A stretch of DNA of 64,000 nt, taken from the NCBI GenBank assembly GCA_030704615.1, contig CM060733.1, positions 59,148,001-59,212,000 on the forward strand. Direction: 5' to 3'. The position numbers and the translations under genes were made by a program. Below the pieces are notes generated by a model. That model saw only the letters and a list, made by a program, of their open reading frames with translations. It was not told the DNA's origin and ran no database searches. The first letter of the stretch is position 1, and each line of letters opens with the position of its first letter. This document shows, one piece after another, positions 1-13,160 of this stretch. The stretch comes from Takakia lepidozioides (Eukaryota > Plantae > Bryophyta).

Positions 1-627
1 CACTTTTTGTTGGTCAATTTTATGACGTGGTTCATAGCAGCTATTAATTGGGAATCTGGGTGCTTGGTCTAGGCCCACACAATATCAACGGTTGATGCCA
101 TGCCCACCACAGATTCTACCACCTCGCATCGAGCTCATGCTGGTTGAGCAGGATGGGAACGTTGTCGATCTTATTTCCCATGCCCTTGCTCTTCCCCCTC
201 TGTAAGTTCTCCTTCGCCACGACAATGCTTGAAGTGCTAAAGAGAGAGAGACATCCAGCAAGGAAAGAGAGTTTAGAATCCTTGTAAATGGCATTGATTA
301 GCAACCTTCCATGGATCACATTGGCTATATTTGGATTGGAATTAGTAGATGGGATTTGAAGGGAAGGTTGAATATCTACCAGGGAATTGAGGTATCTGGT
401 CTATACACGAAGGAAAAATCTTGAGGGCAGGGTAATCGATTGGTCAAATCAAATGGAATGAAGCTTCATCAGTACTGTGGCATCCTCAAGATTGATGAGC
501 CCCTGCAATAAAATAGTAAACCAAATCCAGCAGTGCAGGGAGAGATGATGGACTCATAAGACTTAGCCTTGTGGCCATAGACCCGCGCCCAGTTTGGGCG
601 GGACAAAAGGACCAGAAACTCCGGTAG

Positions 628-729
628 TATGACTTACCTTTCCTGTTTGGCCATAAGCAAATATGGACACATTATAACCATCTAGACCCGCAGACTGTAC
701 AAGAGGCTGGATGTCTTGGAAAATATCGC
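628..729 (-). pseudogene. Orphan exon of a kinesin-14 motor domain (P-loop region)
   Basis: After acceptor ttacag it reads DIFQDIQPLVQSAGLDGYNVSIFAYGQTG, then a frameshifted GKSYT. This matches the kinesin-14 LVQSALDGYNVxIFAYGQTGxGKTxT motif. No other kinesin exons were found. Confidence 0.7.
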
Positions 730-1229
730 CTGTAACAAAGAATGCAAACTGTTATCCTCAGAATATCACGATATTAATTCTAAGATCAGTCATCCATCTT
801 GGAAATAAAAATAAATTACTAGGTTAGCTTCAAGCCCCCGTCATCAGACATTAGCAGTGATTCCATTCCCCGCACTCCACCCCAATTTACTTCTTTCTCT
901 CCCAAATAGTAGATAATCACTCTACCGGGCCATGTCATTGAGAAGGCGATTGCGGCACTCTCCCCGCCATATAAGAAGATTGCGGCGCCCTCCCTCCAAT
1001 GGATGCAGGCGGCACAAAATGCCGACTCGGTTCATCCTCAATCTCGTACTCCCTGTACGACGGCAGCCCCCAGCCCCAGGAGTTTCGCACTCCTCCTCCT
1101 GTATCCCTCATCTGTCTACAGCTTTGAAATTGATCTAGAAAATGTTGTTCCAAACATGAGGGTGAAGTAGCTACAAAGAAAGGACAAAGTCCGAGTCACC
1201 TTTAAAGCTAGTCAAGGGATGGCAGTAAC

Positions 1230-2460
1230 GATTCTTGAAGGCATTCAAATCCTAGGCAATGATAGCAAACCGCCCTGCTAAAACAAATGAAGGCACAACG
1301 TCATATAATAAGGTCGACAGGAATCTGCAGTGGTGGACCGGCGTACTGTGCATGCTGATTCAACGTGATACTCTCAACCACAGCAAGTGTGGCACCATAG
1401 TTGGCACCAATCCTAGCAGGTTGACCTAGGGAAGCAACCTGCCAACGCTCAATCAAGATTGTCCCTACTAAATTCTTGATGTGCAGGAAAATCTCGACTC
1501 GTATTTTCCCATCACTTTTCGTTAACCAGTATTTCAGATCATCTCGGAGCATTTATAGGGACTCCGAATCTCCAACCTCCACGACGACAAAGGATGGTCA
1601 GTCAGATAGCAAATGACGAGAAGAAGGCTTCCAAGCGACGTCGGGTTCCTTAGATCTCTCTTCCTAATTCCCGAATTTGGTGATCCAAGTGGTTTTATCG
1701 AGCTTCGTGTAGGATCACTCAACTCCTCAAATATATACTTAAACTCCTTTGGCACCAATCCTAGCAGGTTGACCTAGGGAAACAACCTGCCAACGCTCAA
1801 TCAAGATTGTCCCTACTAAATTCTTGATGTGCAGGAAAATCTCGACTCGTATTTTCCCATCACTTTTCGTTAACCAGTATTTCAGATCATCTCGGAGCAT
1901 TTCTAGGGACTCCGAATCTCCAACCTCCACGACAAAGGATGGTCAGTCAGATAGCAAATGACAAGAAGAAGGCTTCCAAGCGACGTCGGGTTCCTTAGAT
2001 CTCTCTTCCTAATTCCCGAATTTGGTGATCCAAGTGGTTTTATCGAGCTTCGTGTAGGATCACTCAACTCCTCAAATATATACTTAAACTCCTTTGCCGC
2101 GCACTCATGCACCACTCCAGGCCTCAACTTGACGATCGGAGTTTCCTCTACCTTGTCATAAAGAAAAGCCATCCGAAGTAGGCTAGATCTCCTCTCGCGG
2201 AGGCCATCAATCTGCTCAAAAACCCCTTGAGAAACACCAATAAATGCCAAGTATGGACATCCTTGGCCCTCAATCAAACGATCCATCAGATTCTTACATT
2301 TCCCTCTAAAAGAAGTCACACTTGAGAAAATCACTGTAGGTATATTGGGGTATCCATCCAGCACTTCTTCGTTCTCAAACTCCAAGGTTGGAGTTGAATC
2401 CCTTGAAATACAACCATAGGACACAAACTCAGCAGGGTGATTGCAGCCTAGAATGTCCAT
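1230..2460 (-). pseudogene. Uma2-like PD-(D/E)XK nuclease pseudogene, fungal-type
   Basis: Joining frames gives IVKLRPGVVHECAA...LGSTKFG*..RSKEPDVAWKP...D*PSFVVEVGDSESLEMLRDDLKYWL...ILIERW...GPPLQIP. The H-E, PD and VEVxxSES motifs are typical of Uma2-type nucleases. Intronless, with a frameshift and stop codons. Confidence 0.65.
1401..2096. repeat. Tandem duplication of ~348 bp inside the nuclease pseudogene
   Basis: 1401-1750 and 1749-2096 are nearly identical (ttggcaccaatcctagcagg...tacttaaactccttt), with a short ttg overlap at the junction. Confidence 0.95.
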
Positions 2461-4535
2461 AATGCGACACGATCACGAGTACATGAGATGTCCTTAAGCT
2501 GGCGCGAGTTTTGAAAAATAAATTTTGTGACCGTCGGATGAAGTCGATCCAGATCGTCAGCCAAAAGTACCGTGTCAAAATAATATGGGCTGGATTTTCA
2601 AAAATAAAAATAAATCAATTCAAATCAAATTAAAAATAACGAAATTCTCTAATCTAATTAATCTGTGCCCTCAACCTATAGGAAATGCGTATTTTTTTTG
2701 TTAAGGAAGTTCTTATAAATCTATGTTTTTCAAGTAGTAAAGCTTAATACAAAAATAACTAATTTCTATGCTCTTCAAAAGTCCCTAACATTTTATGGAC
2801 TACATATTTTAGTGTAAGATAAGCCATTCTAGATTCCTCAAAATGGGGGTGATCATAATGTGAGTCCTTTTTTATAGTGGCATTGAAAATTGACCAAGAA
2901 CAAAGTACATAATCATCAAATTATGGACTATGACATTTTACTAGGGACTTTTTAAAAAGTCCTTAACTTTCAATATACTTAGTATTTTGAAATGAAACTT
3001 GAAAGAGTGGGTGGAGCCTCTAGTGCATATTATCCTTTAGAGACATTTATTCAAATATTCCATTCGATTGAAGAGTGTGAATGTATACCATCAATCTATG
3101 TCCAGGAAAAACTGTGTTGTGACAGCAAAAAATGGACACCAACAACCCAGCATCCCAGTCTCCACCACTATATAACGCCATCTTGAAGAACAACCCGAAT
3201 CCGGCGACCTAATCCACAAATCAAATCAAACTGCCAACTTTCTTACACGAATCTGCCTTCAATCTGCTCAGCTGATTGTGTGAGCTCCAATTTTGATCCA
3301 CATTGTTGAACTAACTCGTCACATCACAAAACTATTTACCGACCGGTATTGCACCCATTCCATACACCCTGAAAAAACAGAAACTGAGACGAATCCAAGT
3401 TCCAAGGCCGGCCAAGTTCTTCACACCCAAATCACATCCACAAGAACCCACAATCTCTGCACACAAATTTCACCCACACCTCCACCCACAATCATAATCG
3501 CAATAAGCTTGCACAATTGTCTCCCTTCGCCTCATCCCAGGCATCAAACAAATTTTGTGAGCAAGCAACACGAATGTCATTCATTTGTTTTCTGAAAACT
3601 TGAATCAAATCCATTGATTTCTCATATTTCCAACTAATTTGTTTTCTGAAAATTTGAAACCATCCATTTGTTTTGTCAGAATTTGAATTGTACTATGTGT
3701 ACATCCGTTTTAAAGTGCAGGTTAGTATGAACTTGATGATACAATATCCTCATGAATGATCAAATAATGTTTATTTGGGCCGGTCTAATTGAAATTAAAG
3801 TTGAATTCATGTCAGTATCTGGTGGTATTGTGCAAATGTTTGAGCCTCGATTATTGTCTTTCATATGCATGACGATGATCAAGTTAATTGAATCATCATT
3901 TAATCAGCCTAGTTCAGGTGTTCAGTGCAAATGTTTTTAAGAACCAAGATTACGTTCAATCTTTGATGTTGCTTAAAACTGATCATAGACTTTTTGTCAA
4001 ATATATTATTTTTTGAAATGCCGCCTTCAATTCAGATTCTGGACGTGAATTTGATCAATATAGCTTCTAAAACTGTACGAAATCCTAAAACCATTCCAAT
4101 GTTTGTTTTTTGAACACTTGAAACTTTGAAGGGAGTAATTGACGAGCGTATCGCGTTTAGACTGTTAAAAGTTTTGAAGAGTATTTTGTTGTGATTGGGG
4201 ACATGGAGAGGCGGTGGATGTGGGGAATGGGATCTTGATTTTGTAGATGGTGAAAAGAAGATTTATCAGCACAGACACATGCTTCGTTTGAATCTTGGAA
4301 TGCAACGAACAATATCTAGCAGAAAATCCTAGTTTCGAAAATTACATAGATTGTCGACCGTGCTTAGTGGAGGTCACCCTTCTCACTTTCTTCTCTTACA
4401 TGGATTTCGTTAAGAGTGAAGAAATCAATTCATTCATTGTAATGTATGCTAACCAATTGCAAATAACATATAACAATAACAAATACCACAATGGGTATCA
4501 TTGGAGACCTACGGTGAAGAAATCAAAATCCGGAG

Positions 4536-5041
4536 CTAAGACTTTTCCATGATCTCAGGATCTACAGTGTCGTCCATGTCGTCGTTGACATCCATAAAGC
4601 CGGTTGGTTCACAACACGCGGAGTCACCACACCTTTTGCAACTCTCACACGCTAGATACTTGCAGACTGTCTCTGTCACGACTAGGCCACAATAGCAATC
4701 TCTCCGTGTATCGAACTGTCGAGCATTCAACCTGAGCACATATATGCGCGGCATATTTCAGCCCATCGCTCCATCAGGACCCCTACGCACTATAGTCAGC
4801 TCTGGAGTACTTTTCCCACTTCAGATGTTTCCAGTGAAGTAGAATGACTACACTAACATAAGAAGGACCTTTCATACTCTGAACACACTATGACTATGTA
4901 GGAAAAGAGATGATAAGCATGCACACTGTAGACAGACTGCAAGGAGAAGTCGAAGGACGATGGTGAAGAGAGACGAGTCCAATAGCAAGGAGTGGAGACA
5001 CCGCCAAAAGAACGTCTAATTCGGACGCTCACGAGCTGCAA
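4536..5041 (-). pseudogene. Possible degenerate F-box-associated C-terminal fragment
   Basis: Weak CYW...VHAYHL-like text and a Cys-rich tail; broken frames. Confidence 0.2.
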
Positions 5042-5444
5042 TGAAGTGTGTCTGGGACATGGTCTGCTGCCATTCGATCATCATCATCTTCATTACCTAG
5101 AGTCGTAGGTTAAAATTCATGTCACCTATAACCACCGGTGGTTGTCATCCCGCGAGCGCTGCGAATGGCATTTTAAGTCTGCTTGACTCACATGGACTTA
5201 AGAAGACAAGGCTGGCATGCGCTCAAAGATTGGAGGGTTCGTTACTGTCGTCTCTCTCACCTTTGTACTCATTTGCATGGAGCTCCACTTTAGCTTCCAT
5301 GGCGGTTGGAGCATGTAATATACCAGCGCTGTGAAAAGGACTTGTGATTTGGAGCCATACTGCACGTTAGATTTCATAAAAAAAATTGTAAGGATTCATT
5401 ATAACGTCCAAGGATGAAATTTGCAAAAGATCATTGGTCATTGC

Positions 5445-5445
<1 letters not shown>

Positions 5446-5475
<30 letters not shown>

Positions 5476-5480
5476 CTCTC
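5446..5480. repeat. (TA)n(TC)n microsatellite
   Basis: tatatatata...tctctctctc read directly. Confidence 0.95.
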
Positions 5481-6015
5481 TTTTTAAATCAAATTTAATT
5501 CAAATGAAATCAACCGGGAAGCACGATGAATATGTGCATGAGGGGAGGCTCAGGTCATGCAATTTAGTACATAGTGCTTTTATATGCTTGGAGCCTTACA
5601 CTTTCTCTTAAGACATTGTGTCATTTTGACAAAGATTTCATGTCCTTTTCGTTGGCAATCCAAAAGGTGTCATTACATGGAACAAATTGGTTAAATTATT
5701 TTCTAGTAGAGGGTCATTGTATCCTCTAAGTCCATCATGAAGTAGTACCCATACATCTAAAGCCTAGATGGAGTTAATGTACATGACAATTAGGCTACAT
5801 CTCCAAGTCCTATCAACATCATCTAGTGTGTTATGTTTAATTGGTGGAATTGTTATATCACACAAAAGGACTTCGCATGACAGCCTAATCTTGGTCAATT
5901 TGCAATCTGTAAAGTGATTTAGAATCTTTGTCATGTATGTAACAGTCTTGTGGTGTTATATTCCTACTTCAGATTCAAAGAAGAAGTATGCATAGTCATT
6001 GATTGCATACATCTG

Positions 6016-6627
6016 TTATTGTAACAGCAAAATGAGACACCTGAACATGCTTTGACCCGCTAACCCTATTTCAGCAAGCTCGATTTTATCCCAGTAAAGG
6101 GAGCCTTGCCACGCTCCAAGGACGTAGTTCACATAGCCATCATCCGGACCTGGTGGCCTAACTGTCCCCCACTCATCTTTCTCGACATCGTAAGTCTCGA
6201 TCAAAACCGTCACGCCACAATCGGCACATGACACGAGGTGCACAACGCCACTGCAACAAACGCAGCTGAATGTTGGCTCTGCATGGTGTGTGCGTTTGGA
6301 CAGCCTCCTCGCCTAAGAGTTGCTCTCAGAGTCATATTTTTGAGTATGCATGTCGTTGCTGCCAAGAATGATCTGGAAGCTGTGGGGGCTCACGAATGAA
6401 TCCACAATCATACCAAGATAGGGCAATTTTGTTGTCAATTCCAGAGCTGGAGGCAATGTGTAATAACACCTTGTGTGAACGTTGAAGACCTCACATGTGT
6501 TGCAGAGCAGAAAACCTGTATTTTCGAAGACACCACTCCAGCAAGAAGGCAGTCGTGTAAAATTCCAGTGACATGAGGAGGCTTCGTATGACAAGAGGCC
6601 ATGCTGCTCTGGGCTAAAGGCTGTCAA
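6016..6627 (-). pseudogene. F-box/kelch-like protein remnant (F-box-associated beta-propeller), 5' end lost at a CACTA junction
   Basis: One frame with one stop: GFLLCNTCEVFNVHTRCYYTLPP...LGMIVD...FQIILG...TQKYDSESNS*...CVCCSGVVHL...TYDVEKDEW. This is typical plant F-box C-terminal text. Confidence 0.6.
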
Positions 6628-7716
6628 GATGATGTTATGAAGCTATGGAGTGCAGGGTTGGACCCTAAAAAAGACTTTGCTGAAGATAACGACGAGTACT
6701 CAACTTACTCCGACTGTGTGAAATTGTGGGGCCCAAAAGATCGGAATGGATTCAAGTACAAGAACAATCGTAGTACAATGTTGAGGAGGGAGGTGGAGGA
6801 ATTGTATACAAGGATCATACCTGCGGACCACCGTCCATAATAGTGTGATGGGTCTCCAATTTGCCAAAGGATTTGTGGCTCAGCGGAACAGTGGAGTGCT
6901 GATTGATTGGGCAAGGTTTAAAGATGTCACCTCTCGTGAGCCTTCCTGTCCAGGGATCATGGAAAGACAAAATGCGTTTTCTTCTGAATTAATGCGAACC
7001 AAGAAGTGGCCCGAGGTGCGGTCTGGCATGACTCGACAACGTCCACCAAAAGTTGCAGTCCGTGTTTCAATGCTACGGTCATGTACACGACTACCTCCCA
7101 TCCACAGAACCTCCACCCCTCGTGTCTGCCCATACTTGTGTCAGGTGCAGTATCCAAAGTGCGCCATGGAAATCATATGTTTCATAATGATCACCCCACC
7201 CCCATCTTGCATAATGTGACTCCATGTGTGGACCTGGGATTAAACGTCCGAAGTCATATATGCCAGTCACGAAAGACCCTCCCTCTCCATATTGTCATGC
7301 CATGTGTATGTCCAGTCTAATCCACGTGTTGTCCTGGGGTTAATCTGCGGAAGTCACCCTGTCATGCCACGTGTCATTCCCGGTATTCTCCACGTGCTGT
7401 CTTGGGGTTAATCCGCGGAAGTCGTATATGCCAGTCGTGAAGACCCTGTCGCCTTCCCTTTGACGTGACACGTGGCATATCCCTTCCGTTCCACTGAAGT
7501 TGACATGGATTTGTAGTCATTTACTACGGTCTTATCAATGGCTATGATTAGGCGTCCCCATTGCCACGTCAACAGTGAGCTCCACGACTGGCAGATACGA
7601 CTCAATAGTGCTTACGACTCATTTGTCACAACTGACTGGGTTTATCTGACTGTGCAATCATGCAGTCAGATACGACTGGAAAATAGCAGACGTAAAAGCT
7701 GAGATCTGTTGTAGTG
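6628..7716 (+). mobile_element. CACTA (En/Spm) element, right-end fragment
   Basis: Terminus ...gagatctgttgtagtg (reverse complement CACTACAACAGATC) at 7716. Subterminal repeats (ccacgtg..ggggttaatc..ggaagtc, atacgact) at 7217-7680. Broken TE-like ORF at 6628-6930 (RREVEELY...FAKGFVAQ...IDWARF). Confidence 0.75.
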
Positions 7717-8511
7717 GTGGTGGATGGGACTTGACAAAAGCACCATTGAAAGCATACGAAAACACTATTGAAACATGAGAGTACATTTGAAATTGGAACA
7801 TCGATTCAAATACAACGTGACTTAATGTTCATAGATCCGTTCCATAATCTAATCCGGTGCTGTTACAAAAATGCACAAAGCTGCAAAGTCTAAGTAAACT
7901 TCCAAACGCCTGAGCAGAAGATGCATACACTGGCTTGGCCGGACTTGGTCACCCACCTTCAACTGCCATCCAGCCCGAAAACGGCGGAAGATGCATGAGC
8001 AAGCTTTCAGGCAATATAGCAACAACAATATTGACATATGTGAAACAAACTAACATCGCTAAGAATATGTCGCACCATTACACAAACTCGATGTGTACAA
8101 AATGGAAAATTGTAGGTAGGGAATAGTAGCATGAAATTCTTCACTGAACTGCAGCTAACACCAGCAAATGCCAGTACTGTTGGATGAGGGCTCACTACAC
8201 TTAATTCATGTTAGCTCTCTCCTGCCCCAAACTGTCTGACTGCCCATTCTTATGGCACTTACACAGATTCTCTCTCAAGTATCACGAAGCTTTTATCAAT
8301 AAGGAAGCCCCGAGTTACCCTGTACATTTGAGAACTTAAGTACTTAGCAGCACAACAAACACAACTGCTGGCTGATCGGAGAAAATGTTCCGTGTAAGGG
8401 ACATTGGCTCCCAATATAACCACCAGGGATTACAAGAACGTTATTTCTAATATCACGCAGCTATGGAGGAGGGATGAGAGAAAGAGGAACAGCGAAGGTC
8501 GTGATGCTTAC

Positions 8512-8609
8512 TGTGCGTCTTCCTTCGAAGCGAAGACTGAATGGTTGTACTTTATGCATGGAAATGACGCCACGACTGATGGCTCCATTCCTCGCAAGCT
8601 TCGATCAAC
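8512..8609 (-). pseudogene. Orphan exon of an ATL-family RING-H2 E3 ligase
   Basis: ttcag|VDRSLRGMEPSVVASFPCIKYNHSVFASKEDAQ|gtaagc corresponds to the GLD-motif exon that precedes the RING-H2 domain. The RING exon was not found. Confidence 0.65.
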
Positions 8610-9029
8610 CTGAAATGAAAACAGGCGTGACAAAGCCCAAGCCTCATGCTGGTGCTTTCCGTGAATTGATCCAGTGACTTGCCTAGACTTTCAAGTGAAC
8701 CAATTTTAGTCCTCCCATCAGACTACATCCAACTTCCCACATTTCAAAACACCATGATATATATATTGATGACGGGATCTAGCACTATGTAGACGCTCAT
8801 TATTGGTTACAATTACTGCGACTCTTTAGGCGCGAGACTGCCCAACTGCATTGTCCCAACCACCCAAGCTGTCGTCCATCCTACTGCCACTTTGACTTGC
8901 TCGTTCTTGTCTATTGCTCATCGTCGAGTTTCACCCTTTCCCCCATCATTTGTTTTTAGGTCTCCAAAGCCCCATCCCGCGCTCCTGCTTTGCACACCCT
9001 GCAAGCATCGCGTTCCACAACACCACTTC

Positions 9030-9245
9030 TCATTCAGCCATTGTGTTGAACACTCCCTTGGCATCCTCAATGCACCCACATTTGGCATACATGTCCACCA
9101 GGGCAGGGTTCAGAATGACATCTGGTACAAATCCAGCTTTGACGCTGTCACCATGGACCTCTTTCCCTTTTTCCAGAGCTCCCAGCCTTGCACACGCATT
9201 GCAAACACAAACAAACGTGATGTGGTTGGGCTTCATCCTTCGCAC
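9030..9245 (-). pseudogene. PLS-class PPR fragment (L-S motifs)
   Basis: MKPNHITFVCVCNACARLGALEKGKEVHGDSVKAGFVPDVILNPALVDMYAKCGCIEDAKGVFNTMAE. Confidence 0.9.
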
Positions 9246-9718
9246 AGCAGTTGCTCACCAGACTGATTTAATGTAAACTCAGGGCAAGGATCCTACCTTT
9301 GAATAACAAACAGAAGTAGAGAGGAAAGGGAGAGTAATGGCCCAACTCAACTAATGACACTAGTTCCTATGGTCAATTGCATCTGCTACGCTCTGTAATC
9401 TGAGAGGCATTCACCTTCTTGTCTCGGTTGTCCCACCATTTACTGGGGTTAGAAGAGTATTCATCCCACAGCTTCTCCTCATCTCTGTTACCTATTTCTG
9501 GATACTTTCCAGTTGTCACATTGGCAGTATCATGTCAAAGTCACTCCAATCTATCAAAGATCCACTCAACCAGCTACTTTGCAAAATTCAACATGAAAAT
9601 TTAGGGCCGAAAAAAGGTGAAATGTGTTGAACAAGGTACCTTGATTAGCAGTGTCTGATTTTATCAATTGTGCCGTTGCTTCTGTAGCTTCCAATTGACC
9701 ATCTACCCATGCAGGACC
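9246..9718 (-). pseudogene. Decayed exons encoding OSB-type PDF motifs
   Basis: 9718-9640 GPAWVDGQL...NQG|gtacc; ~9550-9415 ...EEKLWDEYSSNPSKWWDNRDKK|gtgaat; ~9292-9246 degenerate DPCPEFTLNQSGEQL (compare PDFKHKxTGEAL). Confidence 0.75.
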
Positions 9719-9719
9719 T

Positions 9720-10620
9720 ATGATGGACCTCTATGCCCTTTCCCAGAGCTGCCAGGCTCGCATTGGGCATACATGTCCACCTGGGCATAGTTCAAATGAC
9801 ATCTGGTACAATTCCAGCTTTGACATTGACACCATGGACCTCTGCTCCATTTTCCAGGGCTTCCAGGCTTGCATTTGGCATAGATGTCCACCAGAGCAGA
9901 GTTCAGAATGACATCTGGTACGTTTCAGCTTTGACAATATCACCGTGGACCCGTGCGTCCATTCCACAGCTGTCAGACTCACATTTGGCATACATGTCAC
10001 CAAGGCAGTGTTCAAAATCAGATTTGGTGTACAGTTCCAGCTTTGACAATGTCACCATGGACCTCTACTCCCTTTTCTAGGGCTGCCAGGCTCACCTAAA
10101 CTTGTGTTCAGAATCACATATGGTACATTCCAGCTAATTTGACGATGTCACCATGGCCTCTGCTCTCTTTTCCAGGGCTGATAGGCTCATATTTGGCATA
10201 CATGTCCACGAGGGCAGTGCTCAGAATCACATCTGGTACAATTCCAGCTTTGACGATGTCACCATGGACCTCTTTGCCCAGTTCTAGGGCTGCTAGGCTC
10301 ATAATTGGCATACATGTGCTGCATGGCAGTGCTCAGAATGACATCTAGTACAATTCCAGCTTTGACGATGTCACCATGGAACTTTGCGCCCTTTTTCAGA
10401 GCTAGCATGCTCGCATTTGGCATACATGTCCACACCTTAGCCACAAGTAGTTGGCCAGCAGCTTGAGATATTTCTCTCCGGGCTGTAATTGAATGAACTG
10501 GAGACAATTCCAGCTTTGAAGATGTCACCAAGGAAGTCTTTGCCCTTTTCCAGCCCGCTGCTTGCACATGCTTTGCCCCCACAAACCAACGTGATGTGGT
10601 CAGGTTGAAGTACACCTCTC
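9720..10620 (-). repeat. Tandem array of ~7 PPR-derived ~112-bp units plus an upstream PPR L-motif fragment
   Basis: Unit = SLAALEKGKEVHGDIVKAGIVPDVILSTALVDMYAKC, joined head-to-tail. Junctions near 10413, 10300, 10188, 10093, 9981, 9870 and 9760. The period is not a multiple of 3. Confidence 0.9.
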
Positions 10621-12692
10621 CCCATACCTGATTATAGGGGCACATAGAGGACCTTGAGGATGATCTGAAGGGCCTACCTCTACCCTTGTAATTCCCTCAC
10701 AAAGATAGTGTCTGTTCCATTTGTTCCACCAAAACTGGGCACGGGGCCTATGGCCAAAATGCTACAACAAATATTGTCTTATGAGTACATGTTCAATTTT
10801 TTTTCTCAATCTTCACATGTGCTTTCCATGGCACAAGGCCGTAACAACACATTTGATTAATATATCAACTTCTGAAAACAACCTGATTTGTTTTTCTTGT
10901 GTTACCCTTGTGCAAAAGGCAATGCAAAAAAGGAGGAACTAGAAATTCCTGCAGCCAACCAGCTATCTGACTGGCAACCAATAACACAGGTCATCTTCCA
11001 GAGATAAGCAATCAACTTCTCCAAAGGAACCATCGACAACTTTTCCACTCCATACCATTCTGATTACTGAAATTGTCACAGTTCTCAGCAAGAAACTGTA
11101 CACTATCCTCATTGTCTTGCCCAGCAACCGGGCACATGGATTCCCTTCATCTGGACTGAGTTACAGGTAGAGAGAGAGGGAGATAATGCACTCATTGAGA
11201 CAACATTTTACCCCGTGCCGAGTTTGGGTGAAACAAGAGGGGAGGGAGGGAGAGAGAGAGATATGGGAGGAAGTTTTGAGAAAGGTATGAAAACGCTTCT
11301 CACCTTAGCAGAATTATTTGCAGCATGCACCAATCATATGAAAGTGAGGAGGCAGATCTGGGTACTAGAGACAGTTTGATGGTGCATAAATTAGGCTGTC
11401 TAATGTCGTGAAAAGAGGCAAACACAACACATTGTGCTTAGTGCAACAACTCCCTTCTGTGTTTACACATGCTCTGACATCTTTCCACCATCAATCAAAG
11501 CAATGATTGTGTCCGCATACAAAAACAACGCATACACACTTCAAGATCTTTTAACTGCCATTAGTCTCTTGCCCTTAGCAGAAATCCCAGCAACAAAAGA
11601 AGGTGAAGTGGCCTGACCTGGATCCATCACAGCCAACCAACAAACCGACAGGATAGTGATCTCTGTGGAACCACAGGCTTACACTGCTCCACACTTATTG
11701 TTGTTGTTATCCCTGCAGCATACTTGCAAAGAGAAGAGAGGTCAGGGAGGTCCTTTCAGCCAGCAGTAAGCACTGATTTCAGCCACACTCCAGAGGGAGG
11801 GGGTGGTGGTCTCCTAACAGTAAGCACCCATTTCCAAAAAGAAGGTGTCATGAGAGCTATGTATTCAATAAGGTCACATGTAGAAGCCCTTGGCTTGCAA
11901 TAGTTATCATAGAAGCTAGTCAAGTCCATGCAAACTCTTCACATTGTCCTCTGTATTTTTGTAGCCTTACTGAGGGTGCATCTACACCCACTCACATTCA
12001 ATCCGCGAGATAATAGTTGGTGAGGAGGGTTTCTATCAACACCAACTCACACACTCACCTATTATTATATGGTGGTCAATGGTGGAGGCTCCCCCACCCC
12101 ATGAGAGTGGGCACCCACTATGTCGGCTAAACTCCTATGTGGCAAACAGTCATTCATCATAAGCAAATAGTGGCAAAGATTTTGGTCTGTAAATGGAAAC
12201 TCCCCACCCGCATGGCCACCCTGAATGCTAAGTAGCGGATACAAGGTGAGTGGGTGTAGAGGTGAGGCCATCTTGATTGTTTTCCAGTTTTTGTTTAATC
12301 TTGGGAGAACCGTTGATAAATTTTCAGTGCTATTGTTGGATCAGGCCTTTGTTGATTGACAATGACATTGAAATGCCCCGTTGTCTGAAGCCATGCTTGT
12401 GGAGCTTTAGTGGTTGTAGCCTGGTGTATACGAGGCTGTGGTTAAAGCTATTGCTACTCAGCTACACACTTGGGGCTTTCACAGCGAAGTCCCAGATCGC
12501 CACACTTCAAATATGAGCATACACAGGAGGTTATTTGGTAAAGTAGAGCTAGCTACCAGGATGCAAGGTCGAGCACAATGGAATAGTGAATGGATACTAC
12601 ACTGTGGCTTTGATTCTGCTATGAGCAGCCTAGAAGAGACAAATGCTACATGGACAAACTTCTACATATCGTACATTAAGAAAAAGCCACAC

Positions 12693-13160
12693 CTTGCGAT
12701 TGCGGTTGTCGCACCATCGTGAAGGATCTTTAAAAAACTCATGCCAGCTCTGCTCCATGCTGCGAATTCAGGGCCGAGTCTGATGAAAGGGCAAAACAGG
12801 CTGAAATAGGTCGAAGAAGAAGGTGCCCTCACCACATTGTCCTCGACCTTGTGTCATGACCCATGGAGGATTTGACTGACCATGAACCCAAACGGACCTC
12901 TTGTGTGTGCTGCTTGTGTTTGTAGTCCGGTAATGTCGGATTGGTCCATGAGAACCACCACAGTGCAGCTGAGCGAGCAGAGACGCGACCTGCTAAGACC
13001 AAGCCGAGTCTCCGAAGAACCTTGTAAACAGCAGGAAGAATACCAAATCATGGTACTAACAGTTGCCAAGAGCCCACATTTGCAGGATGGACAAACTTCT
13101 TCACATCGCACATTGAGAAAAAGCCACACCTTGCGATTGCGGTTGTCCATCGTGAAGGTG
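12693..13160 (-). pseudogene. Duplicated OSB-type PDF-motif exons
   Basis: 13160-13130 PSRW-DNRNRK|gtgtgg; 12945-12693 TNPTLPDYKHKQHTQE(fs)WVHGQSNPPWVMTQ...MEQSWHEFFKDPSRWCDNRNRK|gtgtgg. The exon end plus intron start is duplicated (13088-13160 vs 12650-12725). Confidence 0.85.

Noticed and set aside
2770-2970. MITE from the aaaagtccctaa / tagggactttt inverted motifs
   Set aside because: The motifs are short, and no clear termini or TSD were found.
9720-10435. CRISPR-like array
   Set aside because: The units are contiguous PPR-derived repeats with no unique spacers, in a eukaryotic context with no cas genes.
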